This document shows positions 23,901 through 35,739 of a stretch of DNA of 39,799 nucleotides, piece after piece (within the stretch, counting starts at the first letter, position 1; the number at the start of each line of letters is the position of its first letter). The position numbers and the translations under genes are program-made. A model generated the notes under the pieces. The model saw nothing but the letters and a program-made list of their open reading frames with translations. It ran no database searches and was not told where the DNA came from. The DNA is from Octopus bimaculoides (taxonomy: Eukaryota): NCBI RefSeq assembly GCF_001194135.2, contig NC_068998.1, positions 32,486,666 through 32,526,464 of the forward strand, given 5' to 3'.

Positions 23901-24933
23901 AAGAGAAACACATGATCTAGAAACAATAATCTTTAATAATTGATTTAATATGCTTTCTTTTCTACTGCTATTCTTTTGTTATTCATGACTTTGTATAAAA
24001 CAAATTTATATCTTTTCACTATTACTGACAAGCCATCTGCTGTTAGACATTTCAATAGGAATTATTAAATCATCATAATAGAATTCTTCCATTTTGAGAA
24101 AGAAAAAACATGTTCAATTGGAATCAGTCAACTTTATCTGACAATAGAAATAAGTGTTCTACTGAAATAAGTCCCTGTTTATGGATATTATCTTAAACTA
24201 ATGCTAAAGATTTTTTTTTAAGGTTTTGCATAATGCATTAACTTTCCATCAGCACATTATCTTTCTATACTAACTGTGTCACAACAAGACACCAGAGAAA
24301 TAACAAAAGGAAATAATATAATAATCATTGATATTTTGAAACTTAGTTTTGGTTTATTTGATTTTTTTCATTGCTCTCGGACAATTTTGCAAATGGTAGT
24401 TCCTGACTGATTTTTTGTTTTTTATCTTATTTATTCAAACCATTTTAGATTTTACATTATTTCATGTTGTAGTTTCCTCTTTTTTTAAAATTTTACATCT
24501 GCCATACCACAAGACATTTAGCTGCCAACCAACTGTTGCAGTGTTAAATTTTCGTTCATCACTCCATTTGATCTGTCAATATATTGTGTTAAAGCATCGT
24601 TTAACAATCTCTGGAAAAGATTTTATTTAGACTTTAGATGACTTCCGAATTATTTATAGTCAACGTAATCGTCAGAAATAAGATTAGAGATCAGTATTAA
24701 ATTTAAAACTTTACAAATATATAACAAGTGAAAATATATTTAATGTAAGTAAACTCTTGTTTTATTATTATTTTCATTTTGATAATAGAAAAAAAAGTGA
24801 CTATGAAAATGTCATCTCAAGAAGATTAGTGAAGAATGAACAGATATCATAGTTTCGTTATTAAAAGAAGCTTATAACTAACACCATTGAAAAAATTTTA
24901 CATCAAAACCAATAATGTGTCCATTGAACACAC

Positions 24934-24934
<1 letters not shown>

Positions 24935-24979
<45 letters not shown>

Positions 24980-25190
24980 TATCATCATTTAGTGTTTGTG
25001 ATCAATGCTGGCATCTGTTGGATGTTTTAACAGGATCCAATGCATCCAAGGATTGCAATGTGCTCTGATGTCTATTTCGGCATTGTTTCTATGGATGCTC
25101 TTCCTAATGTCAACTACTTTACAGTGTGGGCTGAGTGCTTTTTATCATATCACCTACACTTCTGAGGTCACCTTGCAGCTTGAAGAACTA
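24935..25190 (-). mobile_element. Family C SINE with an (ATG)n tail
   Basis: (CAT)n at 24935-24988, then ggatgctcttcctaatgtcaactactttacag (reverse complement of the GGAAGGGCATCC motif). Confidence 0.7.
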
Positions 25191-25739
25191 CAAACCCCAT
25201 GCTAGGTGACAAAAAAATTGAACTATGAGAAGTGTGTGTGTGTGTGGTGGTGGTGGTGTGTGTGGTGGGGCTGCAGTGCAGGTTCTTGTCCAGAATCTTC
25301 ATGGCTACTCACATCAAGTAGAGTAAGGGTAGAGAAAGGAAAATGAATGGTAGAAGTTGCAAAAACACAGATAATGGTGGGGGCTGGCTGGCTCCATGAG
25401 GTACAAAGTGAATTGAAGAATCAGTTTTCAAAGCTGTATGGAAAGGGGATGAAGGGTTGAGGAGGCGGACTGCCAAAATGGGTAGGATAGAAGAGCGAAT
25501 GAGTAAGAAGCTATGAGTTGTGGTGGGGATAGAGAGATGCAGAATTAATAGGGTGAGCAGCAAAAGTAGTAAAGATGATACAGCTGTCAGAGGGGGAAGA
25601 CATGTTTGGATAGTCTAAGGAACCAGGGATGGAGTGGATTAGGGGCAGGCCTAATGCATGGGAGTCGGGTGATGAGTCACTGTAATGTGAGCAGAAAGCA
25701 TAATGTATAGCATTTCTGAGACTCAGGTTTGGTGATGAA

Positions 25740-25850
25740 GGTGGGTCTTTTTGAGAAACTCATAGTGCCAGAGATCCTGGTCCTTTGTCATATCCTCTGT
25801 CAGGCTCAGGGCCCTGAGGTCAGTCTTAAACACTTCGCTCCATATCTTTC
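25740..25850 (-). mobile_element. RTE LINE extreme 3' ORF2 fragment
   Basis: Minus strand reads KIWSEVFKTDLRALSLTEDMTKDQDLW, the RTE C-terminal pattern. Confidence 0.6.
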
Positions 25851-27599
25851 AGGGTTTCAAATTTAGATATTAAATTCAGTGCTAGTGAAAGGCTCAATCA
25901 ATATTCTTATTTCTAAGATATTAAAACCCTTTTTCATATTAGCAAATACTCAACTAGTTTTGTTTTTTCTACAAAGCATGATTGATGCTATTTTTGTACA
26001 TATTCCTTCATACCTAATCTTCAGAAATAAATGCCCCCAAAGCCCAAAGAACTCTTAAAGACTGCACTCAAATCTGGTAATTTAGTAGCAAACGGATGTT
26101 GTAATAATAGTTACTCCCAGTATTGATGTACTCTAAATAACTTGAATTTAAGTAGTTATTATCAGATATACTCCAAATACACCTTATTTGAATGCTAATG
26201 ATCTAATAATCTTCTATCATAGCTAAAAGCAACAACATTAACTGTTGCCTGAAAGTTTGTAGAGAAATCCTATTTTCATATCTCCACAATAAATGTTGTT
26301 ATTGTAGTTGTAGTTTAATCACAAGTCAACACTGATTGAACAGATCTATGATCAAAAGCATTCTAGCCATGACAATCTTGTCTGTTTATGACATTACCTA
26401 AAGTTACTTCATAAACTAATGTACAATTTATTTAAAACAATAAGATGCGATTTAAGGGAGATGAGATTTTGGTGTTATTTGTAGCAGATCAAGTAACCTC
26501 CTTTAAAGGTTTGCCCCATGTAAATATATCAGTTAAAGGTTAACACCAGTCAATGTACTACAAGTACAGATATACAAACTATAATAATCTTAACAGAATC
26601 TCAGTAGAGACATTTAAACATCTAAGTCAGTGATCCTGAATCTATTTGACATCATGATGCACTGGAGATCAGGCAAAAATATTACTGGTGCATCTTGCAC
26701 GGAAAGTTTTAAAAAAACTAGTTCAAATTTAAAATTTTAAAAAATATATAAAAATTTATCACATATGTTATTCTATTAATCATACAGGTGTATGATAAAT
26801 TTATGAGTAACACAGTTTCAAGACATTCAACCTTTAATTATATTTTGAAAATCTTTAGTACACTTAGAAACTCCTTGCAGCACATCAGTACACCGTATTC
26901 GAAACATTAGTCTATACAGATGTGTAATATGTAGCTTAAAGGCTCAGGGATGCATTTTCACAATGTTAATCACAATGTGAGGTAGTCAGGTGCATTATGG
27001 CAAAACTTTCCATGTCTCTTGAAAATTTCTGTTTTCTGTATTTTTTCTAATATTTCTTTTGAGTTGCTTTCATACTTTCATTTAACGTTGATATTACAAA
27101 AGAAGTTGTTAGGAGTATGCATGAATGTGTGTATGTGTGTGTGTGTTGGCACTTGCATGTATAAAGATAAAAGTAATTTAATATTGTATCCAATGTGCAC
27201 TTTACATGGAACAGTTTCTAATTTAAATTGACAGATTTAATTTGTTTTTCAAAAATTGTTTTAATCATCTTAGGTGTGTATGTGGAAGGATGGGGTTATT
27301 ATCTGAATTTAAATATTCCTACTACATAATTATTTCAAATTATTTGGTAGATATAGTGATGCATCATCAATGGCTGTTGCCATGTTGGGTACATATTCTA
27401 AGCCTGATACTTATTCTATTGGTCTTTCTCCCACTTTGGGAAATTAAATTATGGGGACAGAAACAAACACTAATTTTCATGTAATGAGAAACAAACATAG
27501 ACACACACACACACTCATACACACACACACACACATATACACACACATATATCCACACACTATCATGCACATACACATCAGTGTGTTTGTGTGTGTGTG

Positions 27600-27785
27600 A
27601 GAAAGGGTTCTGTGCAGTTTCTGCCTACCAAATTCACTCCCAAGGCATTAGTTGTCCAAGAGTTATAGTAGAAGATATCTGCCTAGGGTTATAGTAGAAG
27701 ATATCTGCCTAAGATGCTATGCAGTGGAACTGAGCTTGAAACCATGGTCACAAAATAAACTTCTTGACCACAAGTCATGCCTGTA
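27600..27785 (-). mobile_element. Family A SINE head with an internal 26-bp tandem duplication
   Basis: gttatagtagaagatatctgccta at 27662 and 27688; homologous to 8780-8910. Confidence 0.8.
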
Positions 27786-29144
27786 TCATAAATATAGTTT
27801 AAATATTTCTCCAATAAACTTGAGGGTAATCTTAAACTTTTACAAAATATTTTAACACATTTTTTTGAGCTGAAGGAAAAATAAACAAACAAGCAAAAAT
27901 AAAAAAATAAATATTTTTAAAATCCTCCTTCATTTTGGATAACCAAATTTTACCAGTGTATTATTGAATAAACCAATACATATATTCATTATAACCTATA
28001 AACTTTTATAAACCATTGCTATTAAGATCATTTATTCGAAACTAAAATCAAAATAAAAATTTAAACATTTCTTTTCAAGAGTTTGGCTGAAAAGTTGTTA
28101 ACTGAATTAAATAAAATCACATGAAATTCATTAATTTTTCTACTTTCTCACTCTTATATTCATCTAATAATTTTAGGCATCTGATATATTGGCACATGTA
28201 TGCTGTTTTGTAAATGTACATGCTGGTTTACTATCATTTATCTTTTACTTGTTTCTGTCACTGGACTGTGCCCATGCTGGGGCAGTGCTTTAGTATATTT
28301 GTCTACAAACTTCACAAGTCACTTTGTTACTTCTGTCAAATATTAAGAAAAAATATTGAGCTAATATTTATAAACTTCTCAAAACTTATAAGACTGTACT
28401 CTATTAGAATGGGAAAACTGCTTTGGGTACACTCCTTCTTTGTGGAAGGAATGAAAGGTGTGATCATAATATTGGAAAATGTGTGACATATGATGGGAAG
28501 GGGAGCACAACCTGGCAGTGCTAATAGTTGTAAATGCCAAAATAATAAGGCCAGTCATAAAGGAGGTGAAGAAAACAAACATATTAGAACTCATTTTTTT
28601 ATATATATGCTCAGAAATATACACACACACTTAAAAACATGCAGACACATGTAGGTGAATGCAGGTGTAGGGTTAAGAAAAATATGTAAGGTGATATCTA
28701 TGTATAGAAGCAAAGAGAAAAGATATTGTATCACTTTACAAAGATTGTTTCATGACCCTCGATAGAATTGCCTGCTAACATATTTATCCAGACTCTTTGA
28801 TTATTTTCTTTCTTTTATTTGAGACAGGAATAGTTTTCCAAGATATCATAGGATCATTAAACAATGTATGTAATACAATATCTTTTCTCTTTGTTTGCAT
28901 TCATCGATATCATTTTACATAATTTACTTAACTTCTCACCTGCATTGCTGTAAGGATTTTTCAAACAGTTATCACATATATACATATTACAATGCTTCAA
29001 GTAATTTAGAATACTATATTATATATTGCATATATATATTCTTATATATGTATATAATATAATCGCTTCTCCTATTTATATCTTTTACACCTAAGCCTCT
29101 TCTCTTTCTCTATTTCTCCTCCTCTTCCTCTATCTATCTATCTA

Positions 29145-29182
<38 letters not shown>

Positions 29183-29196
29183 AATATATATATAAA

Positions 29197-30497
29197 TTGG
29201 GTCATCTCATAAATAATGCTGTTTTCTTATACTTCTTTTATTTTTCAAAATTAAGATAAACGAAGTTCTTTTTTAATCTAAAATATACTCTCCTTCATTT
29301 TCTACAATGCTCTTCCTTCTATATAGTAGACTTGCAAGGCCTCTCTTCCAAAATTCTCTTGTCTGTGATGAAAAATACTCCTCCAGTACTATACTGACAT
29401 TGTCTGCAGAATTCATATTTTTTCCATCCAAATGATTTTGAAAACTGCAGAATAAATGATAATCAGATGGGGCAATGTCCGGTGAATATGGTGGATGGGG
29501 TCTCATTCCCCATTAAAACTACTCTATTGGAATGTCATCCTCTTTGTATGTGACTGAGCATTATCCTGACGGAAGAACACCTTTTGTCTTCAAACCAAAG
29601 ATGGCCATTTCTCATCTAGTGCTGACTTAAGCCACTCAAGCTGCTCACAGTAGATCTCTTTTGTTATCATTTGGTTTGGGTTTAAAAGTTCCAAGTGGAC
29701 TAAACCTTTCATATCCCACCAAACAGATAACAACACCTTATGTGGATGAAGACCTTTAGCCTAGGGTGCCAGTGTTTCTCCTTTCCCTACCTAATATCTT
29801 TGGTGATTGACATTTTTATAGAGAACCCATTTCTTATCACCAGTCACTATTCACTCCAAAAAAGGTTCATTTGTGAGATGTGACAGCAAAGAAGAACACA
29901 CATTCACTCTCTGTATGCAATTAGACTTGGAAAGTTTGTGAGGAGCCCATTGACCCAATTTGCTGATTTTCTGATTGCATGCTGGAATCAATGAATGGAT
30001 GATTGACCAAATCCAAGCTTCTCTGCTAGTTTCTCAACAGTTATGATGGGATTTTGCTGCACCAGGGTTTGCAGGACATCCTCGTCAAGCTCTACAAATC
30101 TTCCAGGATGAGGCTCATCTTCTAGGATGAGGCTCATCTTCTAGGCTGTAGTTTCCTACTTGGAATTTCTGGAGCCACTGTTGACACTGGTTTATGCTTA
30201 TTGTCTGATCCTTATATATACTGCATTAATATTCCTTGCACTTTCCATTGTATTGTTGTCTTTGTTGAACTCATAAAGCAAAATATGCTAAATATCCTCC
30301 TTTGTCACTTCCATTATAGCTTTGAAAAAATAACTGTTAAAGTGGAACTGCACTCTTCAAAACCTGCACTAAGAATAAGGACAAAGTAAAATTACTACCT
30401 GCTTTCATAGCAAGTTGGTGCAGGTAGTTTATCCTGTTCCCTTCCGACTTTTAGTTCATGCAATTGAGAAAACCATATTATTTATAGGATGACCTAT
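29197..30497 (-). mobile_element. Full-length (about 1.3 kb) degenerate mariner (DD34D type)
   Basis: TIR ttgggtcatctcataaataatgc versus the reverse complement of catattatttataggatgacctat. Contains a transposase pseudogene. Confidence 0.92.
29273..30314 (-). pseudogene. Mariner transposase pseudogene
   Basis: MEVTKEDI*HILLYEFNK...KLGQWAPHKL...HPPYSPDIAPSDYHLF...EGEYILD*. Stops, frameshifts and a 19-bp tandem duplication (30105-30142). Confidence 0.92.
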
Positions 30498-30504
30498 AAA
30501 CATC

Positions 30505-30730
30505 CTTTTCCATGCTGGCATGTGTTGGACGGTTTGACCAGAGCTGAAAAGCTGGGAAACTGCACCAGGTTCCAGTCTGATTTGGCTTGGTTTCTACGAC
30601 TGGATGCCCTTCCTATGACTAACCACTTTACAGTATGTATTGGTTGCTTTTAACATGCCACCAGCATGAGTGCTTACACATGACACTGGTGCGAATGCTT
30701 TTAATGTGGCACCAGCACAGCACTCTTGCA
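30505..30730 (-). mobile_element. Family C SINE
   Basis: tccatgctggcatgtgttggacgg...ctggatgcccttcctatgactaaccactttacag. Confidence 0.75.
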
Positions 30731-30886
30731 GGTCAAATCTCTTCACCAGAAGATGTGATCATAACACTTCTACTGTGGAGGATGGGTCTTCTTGAGTACA
30801 ACCAGGTGCAAGGTTTTTCGGTACTTTATTTTATCTCATCCAAAAGATTAAGCATCATTCTGAGGTTGTCCTTCAGTACTTTATGT

Positions 30887-30889
<3 letters not shown>

Positions 30890-30978
<89 letters not shown>
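30890..30978. repeat. (TA)n(GATA)n microsatellite
   Basis: Seen directly. Confidence 0.97.
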
Positions 30979-30979
<1 letters not shown>

Positions 30980-31808
30980 AGTTTTGGAACTTTTTCAGGA
31001 TGGCATTTATTCATTTCAAAAAAATGCAAAACTCTATAACCTCCTTCAAAGCAGAGTTTTCTTACTTCAGTGCACTTGTTGTAGCACTCCAACCACTTCA
31101 TGAAGATCCCAAAGTAGTCCTCCAAAGTCACAATGTCTAGGATCCTTATCACAGCCTCCTTCATCTTCTCCTTCAGCTTGGGAAACAATCAAACAATGTC
31201 TGGACTTTAAGGAAGGTGAGGAACAGTTTTCATGCTCATCTCTGTCAAGTTGTTCATTTACCAGGATGGAATTGTGGACTGGCGCATGTGCCCTGGCCTT
31301 TTGCAGTAAAATTTCTTTCTCAACCCCCTCAAAACCTCCACAAAGTATATTTTGTTGACCATCTGACCAAAGGGAACCCAGTGGATGTATCCTTGCTGTT
31401 GAAAAAGGGAACCACCATGAGCATCCCAGAGGACTTGTTTTACTTGGCCTTTTGTGCCAGTGAAAAGCAGATGCTTGGAGCATGCAAGTTAATTTATAAG
31501 CAGTCTGGAACATTTCACAGGTTTCTAAAGTGCTTTTGCCCAGTTTAATACAAAACTTCATTGCATAGTGAGCTTTCAAATCGTCTTCATGTTCTGACAG
31601 CGTTCTACCATCTAGTTAGCTGTGACAAGTAGTGTTTAATAGGGTGTGTTCAAAGTGCTGATACAGCTGCCCCCTTCAATGTGGAACAACAAAAGTTGGC
31701 AGATCATTTTGTTATATGTACTGCAATGATATTAAGATTACAGTTTTCTAGAACAGTTATAACTGCCTCTCCTAAAAACAGGTCTCAAAACTTTTGGTAT
31801 GCACCTTA
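30979..31808 (-). mobile_element. Internally deleted mariner (second family)
   Basis: HYAMKFCIKLGKSTLETCEMFQTAY jumps to FFDSKGYIHWVPLGQMVN, then *SPDI...LFPKLK. Right TIR plus TA at 31809-31810; the left TIR is clipped by the microsatellite. Confidence 0.85.
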
Positions 31809-32164
31809 TATGTTTAGTCCACATTACTCTATAAGGAGCATAGAGTTGGTCTCCTGATTTCTCTGGCAAATGTATTCCTCCCTGAATGGGACACTGGTCT
31901 GTCACAGGATTTCTCATTTTCACCACATGAGTGGATTGGAGAATTGTGAAGTTTTTTTTGCTCAAGAACATAATGCATTGCTTAGTCCAGGAACTGAAAC
32001 CACAATCTTAGAATAATGAGCCCAGCACCCTCACCACTATATATATCCTGTTTCTAACAAAGAGCTTTGCTTGAAACATAAAACCTCCTTTCTTTCCTTC
32101 CCTGGGTGTCTGCTAATACTTTGCAAGTACCATGTCACGTTGCTGTTTTTTTTCTTGTTGCGTT

Positions 32165-32295
32165 TGTTCCAAATCCACTCACAAGGTTTTGGTTGGCATG
32201 AGGCTATAGTAGAAGACACTTGCCCAAGGTGCCATGCAGTGGGGCTGAACCCAGAACCATGTGGTTGAGAAGCAAGCTTCTTACCACACAACCAC
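32165..32295 (-). mobile_element. Family A SINE head
   Basis: aaatccactcacaagg...gaagacacttgcccaaggtgccatgcagtggggctgaacccagaaccatgtgg. Confidence 0.85.
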
Positions 32296-32806
32296 TTAAA
32301 AGCTCAGGGATGCATCACATGGAATGCATGGAATGCATACATGAATGAACAAATGAATGAATATATATTTATACATGGCCTCCTGCCTTTGAGAGATGGT
32401 ATTGAAGCAATATTGTCCTTGATAGCAGTACATCCTTTCACTGAAGCTTTCCAGTCAGGCCATTCAATAGCTGTGTAAACTGATGACTTTCTCTCTGATC
32501 TTTATTCATTAAATTCTCATGCTTTCCAAGGGTTGATTAGGTCTTCCCTTTTCTATTTTGTACATTTCTAACCTAAATGCTTTCACTTTTAGCCATACAG
32601 AACTTGAAATCTGATTCCAGATTTGTTCTGCCTCTCTGAACAGAATGTGCAAGAATACATTTTAGTGTGAACAGAAATTAGTTTTCTTTAACAACACAGA
32701 AACACAATCACTACACATGTCAAGAAAACAATCTTGATCTATAAACTATCTATATATGTGTGTATATATGTTTATATGTAGATACATACATACACATACA
32801 TATATA

Positions 32807-34000
32807 CAGGGTGTGTAAGATATTTGAAGACAGATTTATGCTTATAAAAAAACAGATATATAATAGCAGGTAATAACTTTATTTATCAAAAAATGCTATG
32901 AGGATAAAAATAAACCTTCTTTTCTATAATGTTATTCAATAAATCTACCTTCAGCTTCAACAACTGCTTTTATATGAGATATAAATCATCTACATGCTCG
33001 AATAGAGTGGTCCTGTTTCATTTTGGACATTACTCTGACTATGGCAACTTTCAAAGAATCTTTGGTGTTATGAGCATGTTCATTGACTTTTCTCTCAACA
33101 ACACTCCACATGTAATAGTCCAATGGATTGAGATCTGGGGAATTAGGAGGCCAAATGTTAGGGGTTATGTGATCATGAAAATTTTCAGCCATCCATTCCA
33201 GTGTTACTAGAGCCATGTGTGATAGTGCAGAGTCTTACTGAAAGATATATGGCCTTCCATTGCATACACTGTCTATCGAGGGCTTAACAATTATTTCCAG
33301 GACCTCAATGTAGGTGGCAGAGTTAACTCTAAGGCCTTGAGGAAAAAAGTAAGGAGGCATCACATGTCCTTCATTGCTGACAACCCCTAAAACCATGACA
33401 GTTGCAGGAAATTTTGTATGCATAACACTTGGAACTTCAGAAGGGTCTGCACATAACCATCTGTCATTTCTTCGGTTAACTTTTTGATCTTGGTCGAAGT
33501 TTTTTCTCCTTTGAGAAAAACCAAATCAAATCTTCTGCTGGATTTTTCAGTTTGTTTAAGAGCCTTTTAGATCTGATGTAGTGATTTTCTTTTGCTTTTT
33601 CTGGCGAATTGACTTTTTCTCATCATATTATACAACATTTCTGACTATTCCTTCTAACACAAGGAGATCTTTTGCAATTGAGCTCATGGACTTTCTGAGA
33701 TTGTAATCAATGGTTTGTTGAACTTACTGAATAAATTCAGGTATTCTGATGATTTCAGAGCGTTTAGAATGCTTTTTATGTTTTGATACTGGTGATATGT
33801 TTCTATCTTCAGTCTCTAGCTTCTAACAAACTTTGCAGATGAAAGATCTGGCAATTTTTAAAAATCTAAATACTTCTAAATCGCTATGCTCAGCCTTTCT
33901 AACTACAATAACAGCATGCCTCTTCATTTCTTGAGTAAACTGAGGGTCTGCCATTATTATTTTCTGAAACAAAATTATACAGAGTTAGCAAAAAATGCTG
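32807..34000 (-). mobile_element. Tc1/mariner DD37D (maT) element; transposase pseudogene at 32932-33954
   Basis: TA-CAGGGTG terminus at 32805-32813. MADPQFTQEMKR...VMVLGVVSNEG...Q*DSALSH...WPPNSPDLNPLDY; I count 37 residues between the second and third Asp. The other TIR was not found. Confidence 0.9.
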
Positions 34001-34574
34001 CAATGACTTAAAAAAGGTATGTCCTTTATCAAGTATAATTTTGATTTATTTCACATGGCTATTATCATGAATATGAAGTTTTAGGGTAAAGGTAAGAAAT
34101 TCTCCGTCTTCCATAGTTTAGTATTTTGACTTTTGTTTTAAGAAAAGAACTGTACAAATATTTTAACATATTTTATGAATATAATATTTGTGTTAGTGAT
34201 CATGTGTTGGTTTCTAATAATTTCATCAATTTGTAGTATCAAGCAAACATCAAAATTTGTCATTGTACATTTGTTTTAAATTAAAGGCCTGACCCAACAG
34301 ACTCCTATATTGGTTAAAATAACAATTATTACAAATATAAACGACTATAACAATATTTTTTTCTTTTTTTGAATTCGTGGAGTAGCATAAGACATTCACA
34401 TTATCAGAATGGAGCTTTCAGAATAGCTGTCTTACATAAACCAGAATTCCTCATTTATGTGTGTGTGGGGGTGGGATATTTTCTTATCCATCCCCTCATT
34501 ATACTTGTAGTATTCCACGTTTTGAAACACTTATAATCTGTATTTTCACAGAAAAAAAATCTGAAAAAGCTACC

Positions 34575-34745
34575 ATAGGTGCAGGTGTGGCTGTGTGGTA
34601 AGAAGCTTGCTTCACAACCACATGGCTCAAGGTTCAGCCCCACTGCATGGCATCTTGGGCAAGTGTATTTTACTATAGCCTTGGGCTGACCAAAGCCTTG
34701 TGAGTGGATTTGGTAGATGGAAACTGAAAGAAACCCATTGTGTAT
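34575..34745 (+). mobile_element. Family A SINE head
   Basis: gtgtggctgtgtggtaagaagcttgc...ggttcagccccactgcatggcatcttgggcaagtg...gtgagtggatttggtagatggaaactgaaagaaaccc. Confidence 0.9.
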
Positions 34746-34766
34746 ATATATATATATATGTATATA

Positions 34767-34805
34767 TTCTTTTACTTGTTTCAGTCATTTGACTGTGGCC
34801 ATGCT
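34767..34805 (-). mobile_element. Family A SINE 3' tail in opposite orientation, running into the gap
   Basis: tcttttacttgtttcagtcatttgactgtggccatgct. Confidence 0.8.
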
Positions 34806-35209
34806 NNNNNNNNNNNNNNNNNNNNNNNNNNNNNNNNNNNNNNNNNNNNNNNNNNNNNNNNNNNNNNNNNNNNNNNNNNNNNNNNNNNNNNNNNNNNNNN
34901 NNNNNNNNNNNNNNNNNNNNNNNNNNNNNNNNNNNNNNNNNNNNNNNNNNNNNNNNNNNNNNNNNNNNNNNNNNNNNNNNNNNNNNNNNNNNNNNNNNNN
35001 NNNNNNNNNNNNNNNNNNNNNNNNNNNNNNNNNNNNNNNNNNNNNNNNNNNNNNNNNNNNNNNNNNNNNNNNNNNNNNNNNNNNNNNNNNNNNNNNNNNN
35101 NNNNNNNNNNNNNNNNNNNNNNNNNNNNNNNNNNNNNNNNNNNNNNNNNNNNNNNNNNNNNNNNNNNNNNNNNNNNNNNNNNNNNNNNNNNNNNNNNNNN
35201 NNNNNNNNN
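34806..35209. other. Assembly gap (404 N)
   Basis: Run of N. Confidence 1.
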
Positions 35210-35379
35210 ATATATATATATATATATAATAATATAATATATATATATGTGTGTGTATGTATATATATATAATATATATATATATATCATCATATATATA
35301 TATATATATATTATATATATTATATATATGTATGTGTGTGTGTGTGTGTCTTTCTGTGTGTTTTTGTTCCTCCCATCAC

Positions 35380-35585
35380 TATTTGACAACTGGTGTTGGT
35401 CTGCTAACCCTAACCCTAACCCTAACCCTAACCCTGTAACTTAGTGGCTTGGCAAAAGACTGATAGGAATAAGTAGTAGGCTTAAGAAATAAGTCCTAGG
35501 ATCGATTTGTTTGACTAAAACCTTTCAAGGTGGTGCTCCAGCATGGCTGCAGTCAAATGACTGAAACAATAAAAGAATAAAAGAC
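35380..35585 (+). mobile_element. Family A SINE 3' half
   Basis: ttgacaactggtgttggt...gtaacttagtggcttggcaaaagactgatag...gctccagcatggctgcagtcaaatgactgaaacaataaaagaataaaag. Confidence 0.88.
35404..35435 (-). repeat. Short interstitial telomeric repeat, (TTAGGG)5
   Basis: Five perfect CTAACC units plus CT, inside the SINE body. Confidence 0.92.
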
Positions 35586-35739
35586 TAAGAGGATGCATAA
35601 ATTGGACTATCTTGCTTTTTTGTCCTTGGGTGGATGGGGAACTTTAATGATAAAAGTTAAAACAAAGTAGTGGAAATGTGAAAATTTTTCTCTAAAAATG
35701 TGTTTTGCAGTTGTTTTAAAATTTGGAATATTATAACAA

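Noticed and set aside
24520-24690. Minus-strand CTGACGA motif at 24669-24675 and an adjacent exon-like frame RLLNDALTQYIDRSNG
   Set aside because: The GAAAC/GUH half of a hammerhead is too degraded, and the frame has no good donor before its stop.
25290-25680. Purine-rich tracts (also 9800-10200) giving hydrophobic minus-strand ORFs
   Set aside because: Probably decayed repeats; no diagnostic motif found.
26633-26908. Possible hAT-derived MITE
   Set aside because: TIR match is too weak and no 8-bp TSD was found.
35708-35726. cagttgttttaaaatttgg as the left hAT TIR
   Set aside because: It resembles the right TIR, but the preceding 8 bp (gtgttttg) do not match the right flank ctctatat.
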